Origin: Massalongia carnosa
Taxonomy: Eukaryota
Reading direction: 5' to 3'
NCBI GenBank assembly: GCA_965645245.1
Contig: OZ287084.1
Location: 992,001-1,056,000, forward strand
DNA length: 64,000 bases
The notes beneath the pieces were generated by a model. That model worked only from the letters and a program-made list of their open reading frames with translations. It was not told the DNA's origin and ran no database searches. Shown here piece after piece: positions 14,654 through 26,700 of the stretch. The position numbers and the translations under genes are program-made. Every line of letters starts with the position of its first letter. Position 1 is the stretch's first letter.

Positions 14654-16274
14654 TTATGACATGCTCGCGCATTTGCATAAGCTTATTCCATTGAACATGT
14701 CGGTTCTTTATATACTAAATTTGGTTGGAGCTTGGCGTCGCTGCTGGCTGTTGGGACTTTTGGATTCTTGCGCCGTTTTCTGTACTGATATCCTTGGTAC
14801 GCGCTTTCTAGCGTTCAATTACCATTACTTGCTGCTACCATAGTTGACAGGTTTCATCAAATGAACCCTTGTGGACTGCTGCGAATAGGGAAAGCTAGAG
14901 CACTTGTCGTAAGCTCAAGTCAAGAAGGGGATACCGACCAACACCGCCTGGGAGCTTTACTACACTAAAGAGGTCGCTTTAAGCGTAAATAGGGTAAACG
15001 CTATCGCACACGAACTAACTGGTCTAAGGCTTAGCACGGGGCTACGCTCGCGTCAATATTTGTTGGAGCCGAAAGTTTTCTGATTCAACGTTTTGGAACG
15101 ACCGAGCAAACAAATGAGAAGCACACTGGCACGTCAACAATGAGGCCACTGCATCGTGACTCTATCTCCATGTTTCTAGCCGCCAGCAATACAATAATAA
15201 TCTTCGCACTGCCTAAGAGGCCGCCAGGTGATGTGATACGTCTTTCCCAAAACTATTGTCTTACATTTTACCAAATACCTATCTACCAAGGCTTTCATGA
15301 ACCAAACCCTCTAGTGGTGTGTTATATTAGGTAGTTATGCATTATTATCCTTGGGAGAGGAAGTCAGGATGGCCAAGAATGACAAACAGTTAAAACCCAG
15401 TGCCCCGGAAGGGTTTGAAACTCATCCGCCCCAGTCTATGGAGATGGTCAATCTCGACCTGATCAGCTTCCTTACAAGCTTGTAGGTCGTAATGTTACTC
15501 TATGAATGGCATTTCATTATGTACCTATGCATAGGCTGTATGACAAACCTAGGCGGAGAGCGGTCGATCGGCACATTTCATTTGTTTATGATGACTGTTA
15601 TGGATTTTGGCAGTTCGCATCTCCGGTCAGAGAACGCATTTGATGCACTTTCAATGGAAGACCTTAAAACCTGGGAATCATATTAGAAAAGAAGTACTCG
15701 GTTCCCCAAGGGCCTGGGTACTTCGTCTAACGTTTCCACGTGAGTAGGGTGTTGCTTGGCAGGAGCTTCGAACGGGATACGTAAGAGATGTGAAGTATCG
15801 CTGCAACCGCAGCCACCGAGTCGAGATGTTCGAGTACGTCGCCAATGGAGTATATCTAACTGCAGTGCAGAATGGTTAGTATCTTAGGTAAGGTATGAAG
15901 CAGAAACCCCCCCGCTGTAGAAAGATTTCCTCTTGCGGTAGCCTCTCTTCTCACCTCCTGAGAAGGTTTTTCGGATAGCACCCTACAGGATTTTTTGGCA
16001 GTTCAACGAGAATCTTGATATCAGTAATCTATCTCTAAACTACAAGTCTCACCTTTCTAACGTCCAGGTTGTAACTTTCCTTCCTTTTGATAACGACCGT
16101 TTTCCCTTCCTCCATTGCGTGCCATAGGCGAGGGAAGGGCAAGTGCCCGTCAAGAAGCTAGCGTGCAAAATATTTCACTCTCACCTTCCCCCAAAAGCCT
16201 TCAAGTGGCAAAACCCCCAAAGATCGGGCAACTGCAAAAATCGACAACACCGACAACATGTAACGAAATTTGAT

Positions 16275-19200
16275 ATGCCACACTCGCAGCATTCGGTCAG
16301 GATGGACCAATCTTCCACCCCTTCAGCCGTAGCCAAAGAGAACACATCTGAGCCTTCGAGCTCAAGCGTTCAAGATGATGTCTACCACTTGCGGAATCCT
16401 TCGCTTCGCAGCATGTTGAAAACCAGCATCGAGACAGAAGATGTCGGCCAATTCTCTAGAAGGCCCAGCCAGCTTCCGCTACCTACCAAGCCGACACTAC
16501 CATTCCCGCCTGCTGCAGATCACCAGCAAATGGGCCGTCGAAGCTTTGCTAGACAGTATGCTGAAAACGAAGTTGATGGGGCCCGGAGCTCTAATTACCC
16601 GTATCCTACTTCCACCACTTCGAGTAGCGTTACTTCTTTTCACCAGACTCAGAGCCGGCAGTCGTATCGAGCATCCTCTCAAGATCCCACCGATCAGGAA
16701 GAACGCTCTTACTCGATAAGCCAGAGCTCCGTTATCAATCATGGTCGGTCTGATACTCGACTGCATGCCATCAACAGGCTTCAGGAACAGGGAGACTTGC
16801 GAGGATCGAGACCTCGCTCACCTTATGCATACCCAACGAGACTGAAGCGTCCTGGGTATCGACCATCTTCACCAGCCCTCATCGAACTCCACAGAGAAGC
16901 CCAGGGAGCTAACCAAGGCAGTCTTCGAGGAATTGAATCTCGAACTACATCTCCAAGGTACACATCTGCTATGAGAAGGGCCCTACCAACTTGGCAGCAA
17001 GGATACAATCAATTAGATCCGTCGTTTCGACATCATCAAACATCACCTGCGACGAGATATAGCCGCACACGCCCGTCTCCTCCGTCATCCCCTCGAATAC
17101 CAACACCAGGCTCATTGTTGAGCCTTAATCAAAACTCTTCCACATCTCGAGAATCATTAGCTCCTGTATCAGCAAGAAGTGGTTGGACCAGCGGACGATC
17201 AATTTCCTCCTCGCCTGTATTCTACGATTATACAGAGAACTTTGGGGAGGAGAATAATCTCCAAGAGTCTATGGTACCTGTGGCCGAGGGCGTTGTACCA
17301 GAAAAGGCGGAAGCTGATATTGAGGCGAGTCCAAGTCGGCTAAGTTTGCCTGGATCGCCGAGTTATAATGAAGTTCCTTCACGGAGGAATGGAGAGACAT
17401 TGGCAGTTTCCGAACCTTTGTCGAGTCCTAATCGGAGAACCTGGAGCCATCTACCTAGGTGGGATGCTGTGAAGAGTTATGATTATACAATCAAAACTGC
17501 CTCGGCTGATGAAGGACAAATAACACTAGCTAGCCAGAAGCAATATAGGAGGAAAACAAAGTCCTTTATTGCAGAAAGCCCTAGATACGGCGGATGGAAT
17601 GGGGCTTCGATGGCTTCGCCTAGAAATACTAAAACCCAGCGACGGAGCTTTGCGGGTATGAACGGTGCAACGGCCTCTGTGGCTCCAACCCCCCGTTCAG
17701 CCTCATCAAGCGAATCAATGTATTCCGTTCAGTCTTCATCATGTCCAGATCCTCTTAGCTTAAGGTTACGGTCAGAGAACGTAACCCTGGAACAGATCCC
17801 TTCCGAAAAGCCAGAAATCGAACACGTGGGTATCCAGGAACAAATTCTGAGTACAAAAAGCGATGGCCAACTTTCCCAGGAATCAGTAGCCCCAGGCGCA
17901 ACATCATTTGATCAATGGTCTGACAGCGAACAGTCGCAAATCTATGCTCCCAAACCAGAGCGATCTCTGTCATCGCCTAGCCATCGAGATAGGTTTAGTC
18001 GCATTTTTGATATAGAAGAAGGATCGCCGGATAGCTTTCGTGATGATAGAGCAAAGAGCCAGATATCCAAGTATCGGGCTCCTGAACGGCACATGAAGGA
18101 AAGAAGAATCGAAAATTCTGAGGCCACAAACACATCATTACTGCCCCCAGAGATACTATTGATGGATCCACCAAAAGTAGCTCTCGCCCTGAGACGGACT
18201 AACATCAACCAGGACGTAGAAGATGGGCAGGTAAAAAATAGCACGCCTAAAGAATCGAGCATTTTCAAGAGCATTAGTACGAGCGATCACTCGCCATTGG
18301 GAACGAGGACAAAACGAATGACGATAGCATCATGCATTTCAGCATCGTCTATCCCCATAAGGAACCCTGAATTAGTGCAACCAGAACTGTCATTGCCTAG
18401 CTCGCCATCTCAGCCGGCTACCTTGGATGTCGTTGAGTTTGATGGCTCCACAAGGAACTCTGATCCCAGTGGTATGACCCTTGCGGGAAGCAATGGTATC
18501 GGTCCGAAGAAGGCGAACCTGCTTCTATCGCAACCCAGCACCGCTTCGTTGGTATCATGTTCGCCTCTTCTTGCGTTTAACCCGGAACCGCTACCATTTT
18601 CTTTTGCGCCTTTGTTCCCCACTGAAACAAGTGACCTTCTAGCAGCGCACGCTGATGGTGGAGAGCTATCTACTGAAATAGATAATGGAGGTGAGGACAT
18701 TGAGGAGAAGGAATCTCCAAGAAAACCCAACGATAGCGCGTGGCACCCCAAGGATTCTATAGAATCATTGCCCACTTCACGTCCATGGAACCTGGACACT
18801 AGCTATCCATGGACCGATCAACCTCCGGATCTTGGAGTTACTATGCCACAGCCGGAAGAAGACCCGCAGCAAAATGCGAATAAAACTCCACGTTTCAAAA
18901 TGAGACTTCAAAGGGCCTCGTCATCAACGGCAGGGTCCTCCAAACTTACTAAACAACGACCTTCTCTTGAAATTTCAGTTGCTCGGAAACCCAGGGGTCA
19001 TCGTCCAAGTGTTAGCATTACCCAAACAAATAGCAGCCATGCCAGTCAGTTTCCGTCAAGATACTCCAGTAATTTCAATAGTCCTCTCGCGAGCTCTATA
19101 GTCTGCCCAAGCATCAAACTTGTGCCTCCAACACCTGCTCTTAACATCGAAGTTCGAAGCTATTTTTCTGATGACAGCTCACAGATGCCACCAAAGGGCA

Positions 19201-19526
19201 GTTTGAGGAAGCGTCTTTCGCAGCTCAAAGCTATTGCCGTGAGAGCGGGTTCATCTGAAGACGTTACAGACATTACCGACGTTGATCGAGGAGTTTTGAG
19301 CTCGGCCATGGGCAAATCAAGAGCGAGCGGTCGTAGTAGTCGGCAGGAAGCTACCCCATCAGAGCGCATGTACAACCTAAGGCATATGAAATGGAGAATT
19401 GTGGAAAAAGTCCGAGATTGGTTTCACCGTGGGGAGGAGAAATTTCGCCAGTGGGGAGGAAAGCTGACGTCTAAAGGATTGAAGGAGCACGCAGTAAGCA
19501 ACACCGAGCAGTATTCCGGAGGTTGA
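16275..19526 (+). CDS. Large Ser/Pro/Arg-rich, probably disordered hypothetical protein
   Basis: Open for over 1080 codons. Short conserved-looking blocks SMLKTSIETEDVGQFS, RPRSPYAYPTRLKRPGYRPSSP, YDYTENF, RPWNLDTSYPW. Start uncertain. Confidence 0.7.
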   Translation: MPHSQHSVRMDQSSTPSAVAKENTSEPSSSSVQDDVYHLRNPSLRSMLKTSIETEDVGQFSRRPSQLPLPTKPTLPFPPAADHQQMGRRSFARQYAENEVDGARSSNYPYPTSTTSSSVTSFHQTQSRQSYRASSQDPTDQEERSYSISQSSVINHGRSDTRLHAINRLQEQGDLRGSRPRSPYAYPTRLKRPGYRPSSPALIELHREAQGANQGSLRGIESRTTSPRYTSAMRRALPTWQQGYNQLDPSFRHHQTSPATRYSRTRPSPPSSPRIPTPGSLLSLNQNSSTSRESLAPVSARSGWTSGRSISSSPVFYDYTENFGEENNLQESMVPVAEGVVPEKAEADIEASPSRLSLPGSPSYNEVPSRRNGETLAVSEPLSSPNRRTWSHLPRWDAVKSYDYTIKTASADEGQITLASQKQYRRKTKSFIAESPRYGGWNGASMASPRNTKTQRRSFAGMNGATASVAPTPRSASSSESMYSVQSSSCPDPLSLRLRSENVTLEQIPSEKPEIEHVGIQEQILSTKSDGQLSQESVAPGATSFDQWSDSEQSQIYAPKPERSLSSPSHRDRFSRIFDIEEGSPDSFRDDRAKSQISKYRAPERHMKERRIENSEATNTSLLPPEILLMDPPKVALALRRTNINQDVEDGQVKNSTPKESSIFKSISTSDHSPLGTRTKRMTIASCISASSIPIRNPELVQPELSLPSSPSQPATLDVVEFDGSTRNSDPSGMTLAGSNGIGPKKANLLLSQPSTASLVSCSPLLAFNPEPLPFSFAPLFPTETSDLLAAHADGGELSTEIDNGGEDIEEKESPRKPNDSAWHPKDSIESLPTSRPWNLDTSYPWTDQPPDLGVTMPQPEEDPQQNANKTPRFKMRLQRASSSTAGSSKLTKQRPSLEISVARKPRGHRPSVSITQTNSSHASQFPSRYSSNFNSPLASSIVCPSIKLVPPTPALNIEVRSYFSDDSSQMPPKGSLRKRLSQLKAIAVRAGSSEDVTDITDVDRGVLSSAMGKSRASGRSSRQEATPSERMYNLRHMKWRIVEKVRDWFHRGEEKFRQWGGKLTSKGLKEHAVSNTEQYSGG

Positions 19527-21229
19527 GACAAAATCGCGTCAACAGCCTGACGTATGCTGTTTGCATCGTCTTTGCCTTTCTGAGCTACGGTATCACGTGT
19601 GCTGTAGCTAAGCGAGATGCACGCTACTTTGGTCCTTTTGGGGAAAGACAAACAATAGCATTCCCATCGAAATCCTTACCTGAAAAGGGAGGGTCTTTGC
19701 GTTGCTCTGCTGTCAATGGGTTAATGTTTAATTATCGGGGTTGTTGCAGGAGGTTTTCATGTTTGCAAAAGATTTTGAAAGAGCTCCGACAAACCGCAAA
19801 CAGCAGAAACTTATTAGCATGTATCTTGTGGCATATTTCTACACCAGCGCTTATTCGTATCGAGGGGTAAGCGAGTTTTCTTGTCTGAATACAGACACAC
19901 TCGTAGGACAGACGCTAAGGGGATGGTTAGCTTAAACTTGAAAAATAAAGGGAGGCAGTGAAGAGGAACGTGAATCGCTTTATTCTCGATAGAAACCATC
20001 TATGTATGCAGCTTTGCGCATGTTTTGCGACTTTTTTTTTCTTTTCAAAAAGACTCCAATGCCATCGTTCCCCTTTTCTCAACATTCTTGGCTGGTGGAA
20101 TCCATGCCTGCCTGCCCAGCCCTTTTCCCCGCCCCTGAGATCTCTCATTTAGAGTTGAAACCAACTACGTCCAGGCGTACCCTGACATTTTAACATGTAA
20201 GCTAGATTCTAGCTAGGTGGTTAGGTACAGAAAAGAGCGCCTAGTTTCCATTCCACTTCCCGGACAAACCTTAATTATTTACCTAGGCCAAACGAGAATC
20301 TAGGATGGAGAAGAAACGCAAAACGAACCGAAAGACCGAAAGAAAGAAAGACTCATCGAGATTGCCAACAGCCCTCCCAAACCCGCCATTAAGCGTCAGT
20401 TTACTTGATTGTTGCGTTCCATTTCCATTTCCCATTCTCTTACCCCAATCTAACTATCTATCTATCCAACCCCCCCCCCCTCCTTTCCTACCCTGCCCTA
20501 CCAACCAGTTCGCTCAGCTACAACTACTGGGTAGGTATGTTACTTATCTACATGTAGTATGTACCAGCCAGCTCCTACGTTGGGTTAGTTATGTATCTAT
20601 CCTAACCTGGAAACCGACCTATCGTGTCTCGTTGAAGGTTAGGGCGAATCCGTTCCCCGAAGTCGGTGAATGAGTGACTGAGTGACTATTTCATTCATTT
20701 CGATGTCTACATTTCCTGAGGGAAGGTTGGTGGTTGCTTGTGGGGATGAGACGATGGGACGAATTAGGGGGGTGGAAGGGAGATTTTAGGTTAGATAGTA
20801 GCGTTTTAGAGGGGGAGGTTTACATTTGTGAAGAATTTGAGACTAGGAAGTCGACGTTTCTTGTCTTTTCATTTCTTGAGGGGTTTAAGTCCGTTAATCG
20901 TCTTAAACCCTGATATTTTTGGATTTTCAATACAATTTGTAGAGTTACACCAAAATGGGAAAACTTAAAATAGCATGAGTGGATCCTATAAGGGGAAAGC
21001 CAAAGGGTTGAGGAGGCCTGGCCAAGCTGTGGAACGGGTTGCGGGCTTTCAAAAAGGGTAGACTAAGGGAGGGGTTTTGAAAATTAAAGGATCCGAAGAA
21101 TGGATGTCTGCCAAGGTGGTCAGGGGGCTATTCGTTTTTACCGAATGTAATGTGCTGTGCGGGTGTTGGTTTAACATTTTCAGTTTTTAGGTAAAAAAGC
21201 GTTTATGGACGGATACAACCTCAGGTTCT

Positions 21230-23563
21230 CTAGAATACCTACGACGGCAATTAGCATCATATTTTGGATTTAAAAAGTACTAGATGTCTATGGAAAAAAG
21301 AACAAGCAAACTCACCGCGCCCCCGATTATGAAAACTCTCTCCTCCTCTCGCCTTGCCCACTGCACAACCTTGTTCGCGCTTTGGGCTATTGCATTCCGG
21401 TTCGCATGCGCGCCAGCAACACAATAGAGTTCGAACTGTGGTGTCCCCCACGCAAGGGAGGTTGCGTCGCGGCTGACGCAATGATGCACTTTGAGATGAG
21501 CGTTCTTGGCGTGCACGCTTGCATGTAGGATGTGGTAGAGGGATAGAAGTCTGAAACGATCGGCCAAATGGGAGCAGGTAAGCCAGGTTTCATTTTCCAA
21601 TGTATTGATGGGATAATGAGGATCACGACGAACCTTCTGCGGGCTAAAAGGGTGGTGAAGTGTGGTTCGTAGGAAGGCATAGTGAACTGGACGTTTGCAC
21701 GGGATTTATAGAGAAAGTGGCGGAGGACGGTCCCGGGAATTATATCCGTGGGCGTAGGACGGCCGCGGCGGACGGCAGATTTGATGACGGTCATACTGTT
21801 ATTTGCTTCAAGTTCCTGCAAAATCGGTAAATATCGTTCTGCTGTGCTTAGAAGGATTCCAGGAACAACTAACCTCTACCACTGCATCTCGCATCGCTCG
21901 TAAGTCGTAAAAGCTCTCCTTGTTTGCGCTGATCAGAAGAACAGCTACTTCATCATGGTTTCCAGACCACCTGGAATTCTCGGGCGCTTCCTCCGCATCG
22001 GTTTTCTGGGATTCCATGTAGCTAACGTACATGTAGAGGTATCCATTCTTGTTGAACCCCGGCAGGCATATAGGGATCCAGTTCTCGCCACCCCCAGCTT
22101 TGATGCCTTCGGCCTCGAAGAGCATATTAAATATGAGCTGCAAATCACCAGGGTGTAACGAGTGTCTCCTCGGCCGAACTACGCTGACAAGTCTGCCGCC
22201 CGCAACAATGAGCCCATATAAAAGGCTGTCGCAGCGCTTTTGAAGCATAGTATTGTTAATGACCTGTCGATAGGCTTTACGAATCTTGAGGCATTCAAGG
22301 GCGGATAGGAGGGTTGGTGGCGATCCTCGGGTGAACGTGTCGGCTAGTGCAGAGAGTAAGGGCTCAGTGCCTTGCAAAGGACGCCTTAAATCTGTAGACG
22401 GCCGGCTCGAGAATAGATGATTGAGGGTAGGTAACGTCAAGGTTGAGAGGATCTGCATGTAAAGTGCTTCAAGCTGAACGCGGAGTTGTGCATCATTCTC
22501 TCCAAGTTTACTGATTGCAACAAGATACAAAGGCCCCTGAGCCATGATCACAAATCTGACACCTCCCGCGGTGAACCCCTTTAACTGGTCATGAGCGCCC
22601 TCGTAGAAGGAGATGATGGTTTGGATGATGCCTATGTAACCAGATATCAAGGTGTCATCTCCATGACGATTATAGATGGGCTTTCCGGCGGACGAAAGAA
22701 TGAGAAAGTGTTTCCTTTTTGATCTCCAAAGCGATAGAAGTTCCTCTTCCGAAACGATTGAGCAATAGCATAATAAAGTTGAGTTGACTCATACCTTCGT
22801 TTTCCCTTTCTGACTTGAGCTCTCTAAGTTCATCAAATTCCTGATCAAAGTCCGCAGTGATCGTATTATCCTCGTAACTCATGGAATCAAACGGATCGGG
22901 TCTTTCCACCTGAGAACCAAGCAACTTCCAAGCAGGGCTCCACTGAGATGCCTCAAGGACATCACCAAGAAGGCTTTCTGCATCCCCACCCACTTCTAAG
23001 CTTGGAGCGTAGCTTCTCACACTTGTAGAATCATCGCCTTCGCTGTCATTTCGCCATTTTAATTTCCTTATGCTCCCGAAACCCCCAAAAGATTTACCCG
23101 ATGAAGCTGACGGAGCAGATACAGGAAAAGTTTCTAAAGAGCCATCCTGGTGGGACTGAGCATGGATATCAAGGACCGATAGAGCTGTGGTGGTGGAAGA
23201 CTGAAGGTTCGGTCGTGCATGCTTGTTGGGTCGTGGCAGACTACCCTCTGGGTGAAGAAGGTCTAGATTTCCTGACCTCCGTACCAGCGGTGAACGAAGT
23301 CCTTCATCTATAACTGTACTTTGAAAATCAATGTCAGAGATATCGTTCACCCCTAACGTCGATCCAGCACTGGCTTCGCTCCTGCTACTGTCGGCCTTGC
23401 ATTCGGCCGGTGGCGGAACTAGTTCTGTAGAAGCTCTGTTTCTATCAGGTTTGTCTCTGGCATTTTCCAAACCTGAACTTTGAGGGCTTCCCAAAGGCAT
23501 TAAGCCAATATACAACAACGAGTAGGCGGGGAAGTTAAGGAACTGCTTCTCCCTAGGCGCCAT
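21230..23563 (-). CDS. MON1: Vacuolar fusion protein Mon1 (Rab7/Ypt7 GEF subunit; multi-exon)
   Basis: [105 protein letters not shown] with a terminal 9-nt coding exon at 21230-21238. True start uncertain. Confidence 0.92.
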
Positions 23564-23731
23564 AGACGCTTAACTACCGAGCTAGCCGTATGCACTAGCT
23601 AGATTAGGCGGCACCAGCTTGAGTAGGCTCCAACAATTATCAGACAGTTTCTTTGTGAACTTGAGAAGATCCTTGTCTGGATAACATGATGAAGAGAGCG
23701 TTTATTTTGTTTTATTTTTGACTGCTTCAGT

Positions 23732-26700
23732 ATGGCCATCGAAGCAAGCCATCTTCAGGAAGCTTCGTCCCCGGCGCGCTCTGGCAGGCCGTCGCCCAGC
23801 TACGCTCGAGGTAGAGGCGGCGGAGATGATGGTATAAATGATGGTCTATTTTCGTAATATCAGTGCTAAAAACTTCTGTGTTAACGGATAGGATCGAACA
23901 GAAAAGACAAAAACTATCGTCGATACGCCTCGGGGATAGAGAGAGCACTATTTCTGTTTGATACGACATTGCAAGAATGGGCAGACTACATATCTTTCCT
24001 AGGACGTCTACTCAAGGTAGTGATAGATGATTAACTCATCAGAATATTAGCTGACAGCGAATGACAAGGCTCTTCAAGCTAGGCCAACCAGTAGCCCTGA
24101 TATCCCACATAAACTCGTGATTGCAAAGCGGCTAGCACAATGCTTGAATCCCGCTTTACCTTCAGGCGTGCATCAAAAGGCTTTGGAAGTTTATGGTTAC
24201 ATATTCTCTGTTTTGAGTGTTCGTACTTCCTAGTTACTACGGTAGATCCATCGTGACTGAATAGCAGAGGAGTAGAGCGATGGCCTTGGGAAAGATTTGC
24301 CTCTCTATCTTCCTGGATTGTCACCCACTTTGTCATTCGCATCGCTTTCTGTGAAGCCGACCCTTCTATCCTTGTTCGAGTCATTTATCCTAGGCGTAGA
24401 TCCGATCAGTTTGCGGCCAGCATTGAAAGCTATCGTACTAGCGCTTCTTCCGGGTTTGGAAGAGGAAACTAGTGAGGAATTTGACCGTACCTACAACATC
24501 CTCAGCAAACTCAAGTCGATTTCAGGCCAAGGCTATGGGCATGAGAACAACATCGGAAATATTTCAAAAGGTCAATACTTTTGGCAATGCCTATTCTTGG
24601 CTTCAATCACGAGTCCGAGCCGACGGCAAGGAGCTTTATCATATCTTGTTCGCGATCTGCCGAATTTGGGGGCTCCAGTTTCTGGGCCTGGTCAAAAAGG
24701 TCAAAAAGAAAGTAATGACTCTCGCGAAGAACATCTATCGCCTGCAATGGAAGCCGTTGCCTCACCAGAGCCAGGACTTCTCATTAGGTGTTTTGCTGCT
24801 GGGTTGCGCGATGAACAACTCCTGATTCAAAGGGGTTTCTTGGACCTACTTGTGACTCATCTACCATTACACTCCGCTGTTCTTCAAGTGAAAGTCACAC
24901 CAGCGGACCGCGAAAGGCTTATTGCCGCTGCAGTCTCAGTCGTAGCTCGGAGGGAAATGAGTTTGAATCGAAGGCTATGGTCGTGGTTCCTTGGGCCAGA
25001 TCTGACAGTTCAGAGACGTGACAGCGCTCCCCATTCCCCGGATTACGTTGACGATAATCAGAGGATTCACTTAAAGCGTGTGCAACCTGATTATTTTGAG
25101 CGTTATGGCCTTGATGCATTGGTCTCGAGTATTAAAAAAATGCTCATCAACGATTCCTTGACGGCCGCCGAAAAGGCTCGACCCTTTCGGATTTGCTTAT
25201 CTCTCATGGATCGATGGGAAATAGGAGGCTTAGTAGTTCCCCATATTTTTCTAGCAGCACTAGAAAGTGTTTGGCGGTATCACAAAGCTACGGCTTCAAA
25301 AGAATCTTCTATCGAAGTTCTTCGCAGTGCTAATGTATTCTTTGATGGAGTTGAAAGTGGTCTCATTTGGGGCGAAATCAATAAGATGCTACTTCTCGCC
25401 CTGCAGGTGGATGAGTCTGCCATACTAGTTGCCAACGACCGTCTTGATTTAGCGCTTTTCATTATCACCAAGTTTAATATAAGAGAAGATGAGATGCTTC
25501 ATGTTCACATTCCAATTGCGGCAGTTCACTTGCTGGTCTGCCTGCGAAGCCGCCAGTGTCAGCCATTGATCTGGTCTAATGTGATGTATGGAGATATTTA
25601 TCGGAAAGCGCTAACGGTCTGTTCCCATCTTGTCGAACTTATCCCCGAAAAAGCCTTCGCTATTGAGCATTCTAAAGAGAATCCAAAGGTTTTGTGGGCT
25701 CCTGAAAGTGATGGACCTCGCCATATGGAGATACTGGACGCTATTGCCCTATTCTACCGGCAACAGGGGAGTTTGGATGCATCTCAACGACCCATGTCAG
25801 CCAAAGACATGGGTGGGTTTCTACTGCAAAATGCGACTCAAATGGTAATTCAAGATCTGGGCTGTATGGAGCGCGTAACCTGTGTGGAAATAGAGCTCTC
25901 AATACTAGAAAAGCTCATTCGCAAAATTCACAACCTTGAAGCAATAAACTGGGAAAAGGCGTTGTCGATAATTGTGGAATCATCCAAATCCCGGTCAGCT
26001 AAGATCAAATACCCTCTACCATTTCAATCCATCTCAACAATTATCTCTGCGCTTGAGATCATTAAGCTTGCAATGCCAATAAAAACATGGCAAGCCGACT
26101 ATCGTGTTCGAAAGATTATACCAGATCTGATAAATAATATATGGCCTCATCTGTCACCCTCGACGCCGCAGTATAATGTCGAAGCTGCACGCTGTATTTT
26201 ACGAATTCAAAGAGTCTCTCCGGAGAAGCAGCTTATTGAGGGTTCAATCACGTCTCTCATGGTTTGTGGCGAGACTGCCAATCGTATATCGGGCACAGAC
26301 GTCGAGGCAGCACGTCGATTCATTACACTTTGGGCGCACAGTGTCTCTACCATTAACGGCTCGCTAGATCGACGCTGGAGCCCTCAATACAGAGCGGAGT
26401 CAAAAAACCGAACTACAGATCAAGCACTCAATGATACAATCATCTTAGCACGACCACTATTACTTCTTCTAGATTCTCTATTCGAGCCAAAATCCGAAAT
26501 GTACCTTTTTATCAGCAGCTGGATAGGATCTCTCCCGAACTTGCAGATGTAAGTAGAGGATTGAATTCAAGGATCGAGCCCTAGCTAATCAACGTTTCTG
26601 AAGAATAATCAATTTTATTTTACAACGTTTGCAGGGCCTTGGATTCAAGTTGCATCCGACAAGTACAATCTCTCTAGATAAGATCAGGGATACCGAAGAT

